From Octopus bimaculoides (taxonomy: Eukaryota), in the NCBI RefSeq assembly GCF_001194135.2, contig NC_068984.1, positions 57,042,642-57,106,641 of the forward strand: DNA of 64,000 nucleotides, given 5' to 3'. This document shows, piece after piece, positions 38,576 to 52,410 of the stretch; the first letter of the stretch is position 1; each line of letters starts with the position of its first letter. The notes beneath the pieces are model-generated. The model worked only from the letters and a program-made list of their open reading frames with translations, was not told the origin of the DNA and searched no databases. The position numbers and the translations under genes were made by a program.

Positions 38576-40242
38576 GTAAGTTTGGCAATATTTCTAAAAA
38601 TTTCAATCCTGGAACCCTTTAAAATTAAAAAATTCAATTATCAATAATTTTGACTTTCTAATATTTGACATATTGAATGAATATATTAACTTTTAAATCA
38701 TTGACTATATTAATTGTGAATAAACAATCTTGAAAAAAATATTAAAGAAAACTATGATATATAATATGCTCCATTACAAACTAAACTCTTGTAACAAAAC
38801 ATGAAAACACATCCTGAAAGCACAGATTTTTCTATTTTGGCAATATGTACTTTCATTTACTTTAAGTTCTAAATAGATAAATATTCTTAGTAACATTTGC
38901 TTTGAAGTATATTTTAAGTTACCATTTAGTGGATTCATGGAAATATACAAAAATATTGTACTGTATATTTAATGCAAGTAAAAGATACACAAAACCATTG
39001 GCTATTGAAATGACAACTGTGCAAGTAATGAAGCTAAGATGAGAGAGAGGGAGAAAGAAAGAAACTGCTCCTAGTGATTAGCAGATTCTTTCTCTTGTGA
39101 TTTCCCTCTGTTTACAAGAAGCAGTTTAAACAAGGTGTTTGTAAGAAGTGCAAAGCTGATGAATGTAAAGGATCTGCATTAGTGAGGCTATAAGTTGACT
39201 ATGATTTTTTTTTTAACACACCATGTTGTGTGGATGATTGATCAGCAATGATCAGATGAACATATTGGACATCAAACATCAAAGATATTCATTAATCTGT
39301 ATGGAAGAAGAGATGTCTTTTACTACAGCCTCAGGTTGACCAGTATCTTGTGAGTAAAATTTAATTGGTGGAAATTGTGTGGAAGCCCATTGAGTATATA
39401 TATATATATATATATATATACATGTGTAGTTGTTTGAGGTTTAAGTTTTTCCTTTGCTGGATTCATTAACAAAATAACAAGGTTCTTTTGTTTGAGTCAG
39501 AACGGTTCCTGCAATTTGAGAACATGTCAATGAGTTAGTATGTGCATGTGCATAGTTGTAGGTGCATGTGTGGATAAACTTACACTCATGTGATTCGTGT
39601 GAATCTCACTTTAGCATACAAGTGTGTATGTAAGCCCTAAGAGTATGTGATTGTGTACATATTTTTATTCTGGGTAACTCAAATGAAGAATCCTTGCAAT
39701 ATTTCACAATTTCTGTATGTGTGTATGCATGCAGGTTTTTTTCTTTTTTTGCCTCTATTGGTGAAGGAGGTTGAATGATGTTCATTGAGTTACAGATGCC
39801 CAGTTGTCCCTATTGCCATCAAACATGCAGTGATCCATTAGAAACCTGTAATCAACAAATCTTTTGTCCACAAGGTGCAATACAAAATTAAATGAATAGA
39901 CATAAGAACAACAAATAAGTTAGCAATAGAGTTTTGCATATGGAAAGATGCTATTTTAGAGAATGGACTAATCCATACTAGCATGTAGAAAGGATGTTAT
40001 AACAATGACGTGTGTGTAAGGAATATTTTTCAGTAGTATCTACTATGTATTTGAAATCACTACCTCTATTATGTACAAAATATGATCTCATATATGAACT
40101 TTAGCTGAATAAACAAAGTGTTAGGTTCCTGTTAATATTGAGAGTCAAAATTTAATAATTGTTGAAAAGAGTTCAAGAAATATAAATAGTGTAGTTTCAT
40201 AGTGATATCTATTGTGTAAATAGCTGTCATCAACTAGGGCAG

Positions 40243-40428
40243 AAGATTGGCAGAATCAGTAGGGTGATTGTAATATTTAGTTGTGTAGCTTTATACTCTG
40301 AGTTCAAATTCAAGGTTGACTATGCTTTTGTCAATAAAATATGTACTAGATGAGTATAGGGATTGCATCTAATGAATTCTATCTATTCTTCAAATTTGTG
40401 ACCTTGTGCCTATGTTAGAAATCAATAA
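40243..40428 (+). mobile_element. SINE family C, diverged
   Basis: TTGGCAGAATC...CTGAGTTCAAATT...CCTTGTGCC...ATAATT. Confidence 0.7.
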
Positions 40429-41222
40429 TTAGATAAGCTGGGTTATATTACACATGAAAGCTGACACTTTATACAGATGTATAATATCAGCAGAATAAAT
40501 TAATGGTAGGACAGAAACGGAGACAACATATGTGAGAACCAAGATCAAAAATAAATCTGCTATTAAAAAGGGAAAAAGAAAATAACTTTATTTCCCTTCT
40601 CCACACGCAGACAATTTTGATGCGTGCATTTTGAATAAGTTTGTGTATATGGTATTGTGATCAGCAATCAATAACTGCATATTAATAATGTGGAAAACAA
40701 CTGACTGAGATAATGATATCTCGTCAAGCTCTATAAATAGATTTCCCAAACTGGTTTTAATCGTGTTTGTTACAATTGGTGTGTTTATAGCAAATTTTCT
40801 ACTGTCCACGTACTTTATCATCCTAATGTTTATATGTTTGTATACACACATTTGTACACATACATATATATCTGAGATAAACACATATTATGCTTTAGAA
40901 CTGTGAGATCATTTGATTGCTTGATGTACATGTCAATGGGTTTAACAGTAATATGATAATTTTAGGCAGTACAAATGATTTGGTTGTATATTATGCTTCT
41001 CAAGGAAGGACTTCGGCATGTGTAGACAACTCAAAATTATGTTTTTTAATGTTTTTTTTGTTTTTTTTTTAATGTTATGATATAGTTTTTCTGTGAGGCA
41101 CAGGTTACAGATCATCGATGCATTCTTAAATGCCTGTACCTTATCTAACTGCTCACAAGTCATTAGTCTTGTTTTTGTCTCTTGATTTTCAAATTTTGTA
41201 AAAGTTTTATTGTGTTTCCCAG

Positions 41223-41257
41223 GTGACAATGATGAAACGGGTTGTTGTGCTCTGTAA
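41223..41257 (+). CDS. Candidate terminal coding exon (xDNDETGCCAL*)
   Basis: GTGTTTCCCAG acceptor; the phase-1 frame ends CCAL-stop. An alternative phase-0 frame reads VTMMKRVVVLCNP... Confidence 0.4.
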
Positions 41258-41498
41258 TCCCTATATATTTTATTATCTTATTACTTTCAAATCAGTTGAC
41301 AGGTACTGTCCACTGACAAAACTAAACTGCGGTTTAGAAATGTAACCGCTGCTGATTTCATATAAATGAGCATATATAAGGTTATAGATACTTCCAACAT
41401 AAAGTTCTGATGATTAATTTTTTGTAGTACACTACTGAAACAAAAACCCTTCCTGGTTCTCTCCACACACACACATGTTTGTTTGCTTCCATGCATAC

Positions 41499-41537
<39 letters not shown>

Positions 41538-42106
41538 CAGATAGATAAACAGCTAGACAGGATACAATAAGCTTTAATAAAATCAACATGTTTTCTAGTA
41601 AGTACATCACCTTAACCTTGCAACAGTAGTGTATCATAGTTAATAAATAATTTTCCCTTGTATTTCAATCAGCAGAAGGTCAGATTGGTTTGAAATATCA
41701 CTTCTGTTTCAAAGAAGTGATATTTCAAAATTTTTTGCACTGTTTTATCATAATGCCTTTCAATATATTTTGCATGTTATTGAAGTAACACTCTGGACAA
41801 AGGTTGTTTGCTATTTCTTAAACTTACTATTTCTTACCCTTGTTCAAACTTGCATTTACCTTAAAAGGAATGCAAGAAATAGAACATCATTTTTTTCAAT
41901 ACCTATCTCTAGCAAAAGTATAGAATAACCAATGCTAAAATAGGACAATTGATTGATGTCCTTATCTTTAAAGGTGACATCACAATTAGTTTAAAAGTTC
42001 TGTGTATTCCCCACTATTGTATTTTCCTGGAGGAAATCACCTTTATTGACCTAAAAACCATCAGAGTGTAATGTGAGTGCTAATAAAATTCTATCATTTG
42101 AGCACA

Positions 42107-42311
42107 TTGGTTTCAAATTTTGGCACAAGGCCAGCAATTTTCAGGGGAGGGGATTAGTCAATTAAATCACCTTCAGTGTTCAACTGGTACTCACTTTATC
42201 AACCCCTGAAAGGATGACAAAAGGCAAAGTCAGCCCTGGCAGAATTTGAACTCAGAATGCCACTAAGCATTTTCGCCTGGCATGCTAACGATTCTGCCAA
42301 CTCACCACCTT
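42107..42311 (-). mobile_element. SINE family C, well preserved
   Basis: Minus strand AAGGTGGTGAGTTGGCAGAATCGTTAGCATGCC...CTGAGTTCAAATTC...GCCTTGTGCCAAAATTTGAAACC. Confidence 0.88.
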
Positions 42312-43834
42312 AAATCATTTGAGCATATTAGGTACTGTTATCATTTAGTAAAGAACTGATTTGTGTATTTGTAATATTGAAGCATTTCTTATGTACTTAT
42401 AGTCATTGAGGACCTATGAAAATAAGTCAAATAGTAATTCAGAATTAATGTGTACTGAACATAAGTAAGTCATAATCCTTTAGTCAGAGTGAGGGACTAG
42501 TTGTTTACAAATATGAATTTGTATTAGGGAAATCCAGTAACTCTTCTTTATCATAGCACTTGTCTCCTTACAACTAATTCCAACGAACAACTTATGAGTC
42601 TTTTTATCTTATAAAGTTTTGCTCTTTTACTTTAGAACTTTAAATGAAATATTTCTTTTGTGAAATCAAACTTCTTTTAACACTGCTATTTATTTGTTTT
42701 GTTTTAGTTTTGTCATTTCTCTAAATTGCACCTCAGTTGAAATCAAACTCTTAAATTGCCAAAAATATATTCAATGTTTGTAGTTGTGGAAATAATATAA
42801 AATACACAACATTTATTGCAGTCCAAGTAAAGTTAAAGAGAGAATAACGAAGGCTATTTAGATGTATGTTTACTCAAATGATTGAGGAAGAAAAGAAACT
42901 TAACTGCCATGCTACTTAATGGCAGTTATGAAACATGGCCATACACCAGCAAAGAAAATGATAATAATAAAAGTGTTTACATATGGGTATATAACTTATT
43001 GTAGATGTGTGTACATTTCTATGCATTGTTTTACATGAATGTTCATAAAATTCATATATATATATATGTGTGTGTGTGTATAATGTTAGCCCCATCCCCA
43101 ATCTCTGGTCTCATTGTTGCTATGACATCTGTTTTCTATATTGGTCTGGTTTAGACGAGTCTGTATAATAATCTGTATTCTCCATTTTCCATTCAACTCC
43201 ATTCTTAGCTGAATTCAGACCTGACTTATATAAACAAAAAATTTTCTTTTTTGAAGTATATTAATACTACTACATCATCACATTATCAATAATAAAAATC
43301 CTCTGTGCAAACATTTTCTCAATAATGTAGCAATATTAGTTGGGTGATCTTTATAGTTCTTTCTTAGAATATTCTAAATAACTTAATAAATTTAGAAAAT
43401 TTAAATGGAGACTACATCTGGTCTTTATTTGTTCTGAAACAGGAAGCATGGCAAATATATTTCAAAAAGGATTAGCTTCAGTTAGCCATTGGTTAAATCC
43501 AAACTGTGATAACATCTAGTTGAAATGTTAAATGCTAATAAGTGCAATGGAGAATAGAATGACAATGATAATACTCTGTTGCGGAGGTGATAAGGTGTGT
43601 TTTCTTTCATGGTTATATTCTGTTATTGAGTTAAGATTATTTCCTTCAGTTTGCATGAGTTTAGGAAGTTAGGTACTAAGTGCAAGAGATCTTAGTGTTA
43701 GCTCAATGCTAGGATTACAAGAGTATTTTTAAATGTAACAAATACACATTTTCAGCTCAATTAAAGATCCTTGAGAATCTATAACAGATATTTTGATTAC
43801 TTTTTGAGGATTAATGACCAGGATTAAAATAGAA

Positions 43835-44100
43835 ACATTCATTGCTTCAAACAGTATTTTATGCTTCTGAGAATAGTGATTTGCTATTGTTTAGATGTAA
43901 GTCAAATCTGACTGAGCAGACATATAGTCAAAGACATTCCAACCATGACCATCTTGTTTTTTTGTTTTTTTTCAAAGCATTGTGTACTCTGGATCCAACA
44001 TATCTTGTTTTAATGATGATATCATTGAGAGAAATGTGATTTCTATTTCTAGCAGATCAAGCAGTCGCATAGAGGCTCCTTCATTGTCTTAATAGTGGTT
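43835..44100 (-). mobile_element. Repeat family D copy (others at about 10710, 12380, 19930, 26660, 46550, 49810, 53565, 56745, 62560)
   Basis: Shared motifs TAGAAATAGCAGCCAAATC, GACACATT.GATAATGTAGTC, GATGGTCA..GCTGGAATG, GGGCTAAACAACAAC. Confidence 0.75.
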
Positions 44101-44393
44101 TGTTGCACCCTAATCAATTGACTAATTTGAATCTTTTGTTTGTATTTCTTCATATATATATTTCTTGATACATCATCAACATTGTGATGTCATAATGATG
44201 ATGATAATAATCACCACCACCAACATCATTTGCAATAAAACTAACAAGCACACTCCATGCAATCATTTGACCCACTAGAAAAATTACAGCCAAAGTCCTT
44301 TGAACTTTGATCCTATAATCTTCATTAAAAAAAAAAAACAAATAAACAAAAAAGACACATTGTACAATGAAGTCTTAGATATACTGTACTTGA

Positions 44394-44620
44394 ATCATCA
44401 ACATCATCATCTTTTAACGTTTGCTTTCTATGCTGGCATGGGTTGGACGGTTTTATCAGAACTGGCAAGCTGGAGAGTTGCACCAGGTTCCTGTCTGATT
44501 TGACTTGGTTCCTACAGCTGGATGCTCTTCCTGATACCAACCACTTTACAGTGTGTGCTGGATACTCTTAACGTGACACTGGCATGAGCACTTTTACATT
44601 GCAACAGCACAAGTACTTTT
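44394..44620 (-). mobile_element. RTE-type 3' UTR fragment
   Basis: Homologous to 18507-18700. Confidence 0.8.
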
Positions 44621-45183
44621 TACATAACACTGGCAGAAGACTCTTGCAGGTCAATCCTCTTCATCAGGGAGGGTAGCCTTAACGCTATTGCTGTGGAGGA
44701 CAGGTCGTATTTTTCTTTTAATACACATAGATATACTATTCAGGAATGGTGAAGTGGTTGAAAAGTTTATTCCACAATCATGAAGTTCTCGATCTGATTC
44801 TGCTGCATGGTATTTTTTACCATTGTTTTGGGTTTATCTAAGCCTTGTGAGTGAAACTGGGTTACCAGAAAATGGATTGTACCTGTAATAAGAAATTCGG
44901 TTTTGTCAGATATTGTTGTGCTGAACTTGAATGGAATTCTCAGTGTCTGTGGAATACTCAACCACTTATATGTTAATATAACCAGTAGGTACTTCTGTTG
45001 ACTGAATATATGAATGTTCATTGTGGGAGGGAATATGGGAAGGAGTGATGGTATTCAGCACGTAAAAAGGTTTCAGTAATCGCTTGATAACAGACCTGTC
45101 ACATCAGTTGTACTCGCTTTAACCTATCATCATTCAAACATGTTAAAATTGTTACCCCTATTGGAGGTGAGTGTAATGTAAGC

Positions 45184-45217
<34 letters not shown>

Positions 45218-45469
45218 ATAGGTTGGTGGTTTGTTAATTTACTAATATTTTACTAAGTAACATATCACCTTTTGGTGCATGTAGTAGTATGAGTGATTGT
45301 TGGTGGCAGGGAAAGAGGGATGAAGGTATGCAAGTCTTCAGGTACAGAAGTGAGGCAGAGCTCTGAAGGGGTTTCTGGTATTGAGGATAGATTTTTGGTA
45401 TAGGTGGTGGTGATGGGAGTGTGTGGCCTTTCGTCAAACATATCAACCCCAGTACTTATTTTGAAGTCT

Positions 45470-45740
45470 GATATTTATTATATAGGTCTTTTTTGCTGAT
45501 CCACTTAGTTACAGTGACATAGACAAATCAACACCAGTTGTCAAGTGGTAGTGGAAGTCAAATGCATACACAGTAACACACACACATGCATGATGAGTTT
45601 CCACACAGTTTCTGTCTACCAAATCCTCTCACAAGATATTGATTGGCTTGGGGCTATAGTAGAAAACACTCACCTAAAGTGCCATGTAGTGGAACTGAAC
45701 TTGAAACCACATGGTTTCTTAACCACACAGCCATGCCTGT
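45470..45740 (-). mobile_element. SINE family A, decayed
   Basis: Reverse-complement homology to 16418-16813. Confidence 0.75.
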
Positions 45741-46239
45741 GCCCATATATAAATATTTCAGAACCAAAGTGAAATATTACAAAGTTCATTCCCTGCCATT
45801 TACCATCTAACAATTTGTCATTCCCAAATTCCTTGTTTTACCAGAGACAAGACCATCTCCACCAGCTAGATATAGCAACCAAAACTTCCTCTAATCACAC
45901 CCTACTATCTTAAAAAAGGAAGGTCACATTGGATAGTGTAGTTCTAAGTATATTGTCTGAATAAAAGAACAGCTGATTGTCACACCACACTAATAACAAC
46001 ACTAATAACCACAGAAGCTTACTTAAGCATTTTACCAATAAGATCTACTTCCTATTTGTACCCTAAACAATCTGTACTTTATTCATAACTGGAAGTCACT
46101 TTACTCTAAATAATATCCTGCTGTGTTAGTCACAATACATTAAGTATGAATCCTCTATGAATAATATTTGGAAAGATTTCTTAGTCATTGTACACTTTGA
46201 CTGAGTACTTTCTGGGGACACAGCTCACAAACCAATGGG

Positions 46240-46537
46240 GGAGATTGTACATCATCTGAGGTCCACAGATCCTTGGTGACCTCCAAAGGTAGTATTTGGG
46301 TGCATAAATTGTGTTCAGAATCTTAAAAGGTTTCGATGTAAATTGTCTAATTAATCAGCTACATATGATTTTTCCATTACATACATCTTTCAACTGAGAG
46401 ATAAAACTAGTGAAACAAGTTTGGTGTTAATAAAATTAACTTTTGGAGTAAACAGGTCTTTGAAAAGTGTGGGGCCCATGAGAAAATTCATATTAACAAA
46501 AGGGGTCCTTGATAGTGTAAAAAGTTGATAACTCTGG
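46240..46537. mobile_element. Possible hAT-type MITE relic
   Basis: GAGGTCCACAGATCC...GGGGTCC...AAAAAGTTGATAACTCTG resembles hAT/Charlie MITE ends; TSD not resolved. Confidence 0.35.
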
Positions 46538-48904
46538 TTATATATGATCACTCAGCCTGTGAGAAATAGCAGAAAAATTATCCCAAATTACACACTACCA
46601 TTTTACAAAATACTTTAAAATGAATATAAAATAAATAAATAAAAACAACAAAACAGAAGAAAATCATTGGGCAGTGTAGTCTTAGATTGACAAAAAGACA
46701 GGATGGTCACATCTGGAATGTCTTTGATCATATGTTTATTCAATCAGAACTGATTTGAGGATAAACAACAATTATAATGATCTAAGCTATGCTGAGAAGC
46801 TCACTCACCAGCAGGAAATTGTTTCCCTGTTATTTATGATTTTATTAACTTAGTTTTAGGACAGAACAAAATCAATTTAATTTTCATGACTCAGCCAAAT
46901 AGTCAGTAACCACCTGATTGTTTTTTATGGACTCCGTCACAAATAAAATAGGAGCTATCTCTGTAGTATTTATTTACCATATTGACTGCAGAAATTAATT
47001 CTGGCAAATAAGCTATCTTGATATTTTCTAAGACCATTGTCATTACATGGTTGTTTGACCTGTTAGAAATAATTGCCAAATCACACTGTCCTATTTTAAG
47101 AAAAATGGAAGGTGACTTCAGACAACAATTCTAGATATTTCTAAAAAAGTTATATGATCACAGCAGAAATGATCGGGGTTTCAGCTGTTGTTAAACAACA
47201 AGCCTATAGTTTAATTATTGCAAATTTGCACTTGTGACATTTATCTATGAAAATATTCTGTTTGACAGATCAGTGCTATCATAAGGCTAGTTGCCTAAGG
47301 GGTAAAGATCACAGGGCTGGAGACCCAATGACAATCTATATATGCTGTAGTTTGCTGTCAATAAATACTATAAACCTCATTGCATTGCTTTGCCCAAGGG
47401 GTTTAGAATGCTAAGACTATTCTAAATCATGTATCTCCTTCTGGTAGAAGCTCTCATTTTTCAGTTGACCAATCTGTGTGTATATATGTAAAGTAAAGTC
47501 CAGAATCTAATCTGGTAGTGGCTAGCACTGGCAAAAGTTAAGTCATAAAAGTTTGCCACCACTTTTTGTAATTATTTTCATTATAATCACAACCATCATT
47601 ATTGTCACATGATTACATCCTGCAACCAAATCTTCCTCAAAATAATGTAGCCTTAGGTATACAGAAATGATGGGATAGCCATGGTCTTTGATCATCTGCC
47701 TGCTTGGAGAGGACTGACTTGGTTTTAATTAGCAACTACATTATGTTGTATGCTAATTTTTCCATCATGTGCAATACACTAGAAAACTTAGCAAAGTAAT
47801 TCTCTTCCACTAGATTTCCAGTTAATACTGATATTGCTGCTATATTGTATATATACTCCATCAATGAAATGTTTATTGGGTCATATATCCCATCACTGAC
47901 ATTGCATTGCTTCCAGAAATGGCTCTTAAACTTCATTAACTCAGTTTAACTATAAATGATTACCATGTAAGGATATTGTATAATTGACAAATGTTTCATT
48001 AACTTGATTTCTTAAGCTCACATTCTTCTATGTATTAACTTGGAGAGAGATTAGTTCATTATAGTTTCATTTGACTTAGATACTCTACAAAATGTTTCAG
48101 CAGTATGCAATGATTTCATGGATAACAAGACATGCTAACATGATATTAGGTGCAATGTTTTATGCATAATGTTAAATAAATATTTACAGTTTGTTCTTAT
48201 ATAATAAAAATGTCTTTGATTTAATGTTTTCTGTACCTTTGTCTGCAGTAAAATAAACTTTATTTTAATGCTTGTCTAGGCTGCTGTACTAGTATTTTAA
48301 TAGCACATGTCCAACTTTTCAATAAGTCTTAACTCTTTAGCCTTTCACAAATAAGCTTGGCAAAGATTTGTCATAGTGCATAAAAGCAATTCATTAGTGT
48401 ATCCATTTATCCTGTATGCATCTACATGTGTGTGTGTGTTTATGTACATACATACTTTTTCTTTCAATATGTGTAGATATCTAAAATAAAAAAAATAGCA
48501 ATGCAAAAGTTAATTTCCAATTTTATAGCTGATATGACAGTGAAGAAACATATGTAAAGCTTGATCCATTTTAATTCTTTTACCAATACACTGTTTCAGA
48601 TTCACAACATTTATATAATTTATTGAAGTTTCCCCCGAAATATCTGTCAAAAGATCTGACAGTAATATGAATGTTTTTTCAGTATTGTGTAACCATGCTC
48701 TATCTAACTATATTCAGCTGTTCTGAAAAACTCGTCACACGTAAAAGTGTTATATTTGTGTTATGTCATTATGAGAATGAATGTATTCGGCAGAATACAA
48801 TTAAGAAAATATTTTAATTTATGCAAATAGACAGCATTGTTGTTTGTAGACACTTAAACAAATGTTTAACATATCTCTAATGTAAAATGTTTAAACATAT
48901 GGCA

Positions 48905-49085
48905 CAAACATGACTGTGTAGTTAGTTAAGCAGTTCACTTCACAACAACATAGGTTTGGGTTCAATCTTACTATGTAGCATCTTGGGTGATTTTCTTCTG
49001 TCATAGTTTTGGACTGACCAATACTTAGTGAATGGAATATAGAAGATTGAAACTGTGAAGAAGCTCTGTGTGTGTGTGTGTGCAT
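48905..49085 (+). mobile_element. SINE family A head, decayed
   Basis: GACTGTGTAGTTAG...GGTTCAATC...GCATCTTGGGTGA...GAAACTGTGAAGAAGC(TG)n. Confidence 0.65.
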
Positions 49086-49119
49086 GCGCGCATGCTCACA
49101 TGCATAGATATATTGATAA

Positions 49120-49340
49120 CTGTGTAGGTGCTCCCATTCTTACCAGATAACATCTTGATAGATCAATCATTTTTCATTAACTCTTTTGACCCTGTCTTGA
49201 TATTTACCTCTACTGTATCCAACATCTGTTTTCTTGACATCTCCACCCATATTAACAATATCTACATGTTCACTACAAAGCTAAATATCACAATACCCAG
49301 AACCACAACCTCAAATCCATGGGAACCAGTCTCCCATTGA
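49120..49340 (+). mobile_element. Penelope-like RT relic
   Basis: FFINSFDPVLIFTSTVSNICFLDIS matches the PLE RT pattern N.F.P.L.FT...S....FLD. Confidence 0.6.
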
Positions 49341-50980
49341 TATTTACTTTAAATGTCAATCAATCAACTTTCCATATGAGGAGTAAATAAGTGTTTGTCT
49401 TTTGTATTCATTAAGTACCTGACATTGTAAATAACAACACTCTTGTAGATGTAACAGTATTTTTAGATGATTATTTCAATGTTTTATCTTTTACTTGCTT
49501 CAGTCATTAGATTGCAGCCATTCTGAGGAACTGAAGAATTTTTAGTCAAATGAATTGACCCCAGCACATTCTTTTTTAAAGCCTAGTACTTATTCTATCA
49601 ATCTCTGTTGCTGAACCACTAAGTTACGGTGGACACAACTACACCAACCACTTTATAGAATATATTGAGTGCATCACAATTATTATTTATCATTAAATTT
49701 TTACTTGTCCTCTTGTCAGTTAGTCAACCACTGTAGAAAATACATGATTGTAGGTTATGATGCAACACAGCACACAGAGAGCATATTGTCAAGTTGGGGT
49801 AATCTCTAAACATTTGTTTGACCTACTAGAAATAACACTGCAATTTCCTTCAAAACCACTACCACATTAAGAAAGAAGAAGCTAAGAATACATTGGATAA
49901 CAAAGATCTAGACACTGCAAAAAGATAGGTTGGGCATGACCAGAAAGCCATTGGCCATGCATCTACTTGATCAAGGTTGACCTGGGGCTAAACAGTAACA
50001 ACATAATTTACTTGATACTGAACTTAAGTGCATTCTATTCTGTTTAAGACCCTTAGGACCAACAACTGAAACAGAATATTCTTTCTCATGTAACACTGAA
50101 ACAATTATCTTCAATTTATTATTGAAGGCAGACTCATTCTCAATTTCTGGAGTTATTAATTGAAAAAGGAAGCTGCAAAACTGCTGCAATTAATTGTGTT
50201 AAAGTGAAATAGAATAAGCTGGTAGTTAGAGAGTTCAGGGATAGTTTTGGTTATTTGCTAGGCTAGAATATCTTAGAAATGCATTAACTGTGTTTGGAAA
50301 GTTAAAACTGAAATCCTGTTCTTCATCCTTTTATTCATTTACCCTATTCCCATGAGCTAGTGAGGGAGTCTTTAAGAGTCCCTTAACTTGCTGTAATAAA
50401 CTGATAAAATCTTAATAAAATCATTTACTATAATAAAAAAGAAAAGGAAATATGTATTGGATGAAGTAGTACTGGCTAGATAATATATAAAGGCATGATT
50501 CTCATACTTGAATGTTTTCCATTGGAGGTCTGGTTGTTAAAGGCTGGCATAAGGTTAAACATCAACAGTAATTAGCTGTCAAATATCACTCAAACCACAT
50601 TCTACCTTTTTATAACAGAAAGGACACATTAGATAATATGTTCTTAACTTCATTATATATCAAGACACAATGTCCATGGTTGGAACATTTTTGATGATAG
50701 GGCTGCTTAATCAGAGGTAGAACTAAGCAACAGAACTCTCACAATGTCAGTTTCTGCAACATCCTCAGTCTCCAACATACTATCCCTACCACAACCTGTC
50801 ATTTCCTCTCTTGTTCGTAAATTTCACTATTTGATTCAGTGATACCTGTATGGTATCTTGAACTGTAAATTGTTACTATTGCTGTTAAGCCCCAAGTCAG
50901 ATTTAATTAAATGTGCACCTATGCCCAAAATCATTCCAGCCATGAGCATCCCATGTTTTTGTAAATCAGGGATCACAAAT

Positions 50981-51019
<39 letters not shown>

Positions 51020-51249
51020 NNNNNNNNNNATGGCATAGTTTATCTATATATTACAATTACGTTGAAACAAATGATATGGAAAAGTGCAGCATTGACAACG
51101 AAACATTTGTGGAATAGATGATGGGCTAATTTGACTAAGCAACATGTCATGCCTCTGTTTAGAGTATTCCAGTGCCTAACCTGTCATGGAAATTGGGAGT
51201 GGTGGGGTATGTGATTTTTGAACACACCAAAAAGCTGTCAGTGGATATA

Positions 51250-52385
51250 CTCTCCTTTGCAGCAGTCGGCGATGCATCTAACACAACCCATTGTCTGAAG
51301 TTTTGACACCTTTTTCAGGTTTGTTGTCCTACATCACTCACAGCATATATTTGGAGGAAGTGTAGTTGTTCCTTTGTGGGTAACAGGAAAGCAATGAGGT
51401 GATAGACTTGGCCTCGAACTTTGAACATTGGCATAAATCCATGTTCATCTATCTCCTTAGATGCATCAAACGATGTCATTTGAAATGCAAAGTTGTATTG
51501 TCTGATATTGTTCAGAAAATTTTTCTTTGACTGGATGGAAGTGCCTTCCAGAAGATCTATAAGAGGTTGAGGTGAAGGTGGTAGTGCTGGTAATCTTACC
51601 TTACTGCCTGAGCAGCACATGTCATTAGTTTCATTTAGAAATTCTAAGAAAGTCTCATCTCCCTTCTGTATTGAGACTCCATCTGACATGCTACAGCATA
51701 ATTTAATGATCTTGAGAAAGTGTCATCGTGCTTGTCTTGAGACTCCATTTGGTATGCTGCAGCATGCATTTCCTGATCTTGGGAAAGTCTCATCTCTCTT
51801 CTGTATTGAGACTGTGTCTAATGTGCTGCAGCATGCGTTTGCTGATCTTGAGAAAGTCTCATCTACTTTCTCTCTTGAGATTCTTGCCTTCAGTTTTCTA
51901 CAATCCTCCTTGCTTTATAGTTGTTTCTGGAGAGATTACATCTTTTCTTTGGTGACATATTTCAATATTGTAAGCAAAAAATTATACATTAATCTCTATT
52001 TTTGTAAGCAGTTATATGTATGTAGTATAAACAATATTATAGCCTTGTCAAAAGTGAAAGAATAAAAGTAAGACAATAGTATACTGCCGAAAAAATAATT
52101 AGAAGTCAAAAGTGGAAGAATAAAAGTGAAATAATATTGTAGTGTTATGAAAAGTGAAGAATAAAAGTGAAACTATTATACCACTGAAAAGAAATGGAAG
52201 GGACGTATCGAGGGGTGGCTACATCCCCCTATATGGGCAAGGTCCAAAATTTGACCCCCTTAGAACCTTCCCCAAGTAATTAAAAACCTTCCTGCCAAAT
52301 TTGGTACAGATTGATCCAGCAGTTTGGCCTTGCATAGAGGAAACACACACTCACACACACACAGTGAATTTTATAATATATCAGA
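51250..52385 (-). mobile_element. Helitron 5' fragment
   Basis: CCSGSKVRLP...FLNNIRQYNFAFQMTSF...FKVRGQVYHLI..LLP...FLQIY is the N-terminal part of Helitron RepHel. Minus-strand start A|TCTGATATATTATAAA followed by (TG)n and CCAAATTTGG. No 3' CTRR end found. Confidence 0.88.
51640..51890. repeat. Tandem 67-69-bp repeats within the Helitron
   Basis: GAAAGT.TCATC recurs at about 51648, 51716, 51783 and 51852. Confidence 0.85.
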
Positions 52386-52410
52386 TATATATATATATAT
52401 ATATATATAT

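Noticed and set aside
39794-39875. Cys-rich phase-compatible exon candidate MPSCPYCHQTCSDPLETCNQQIFCPQ
   Set aside because: Weak acceptor and donor; the DNA resembles a decayed RTE-type 3' UTR.
51619-52065. 148-aa plus-strand ORF
   Set aside because: It is the antisense reading of the Helitron tandem repeats.
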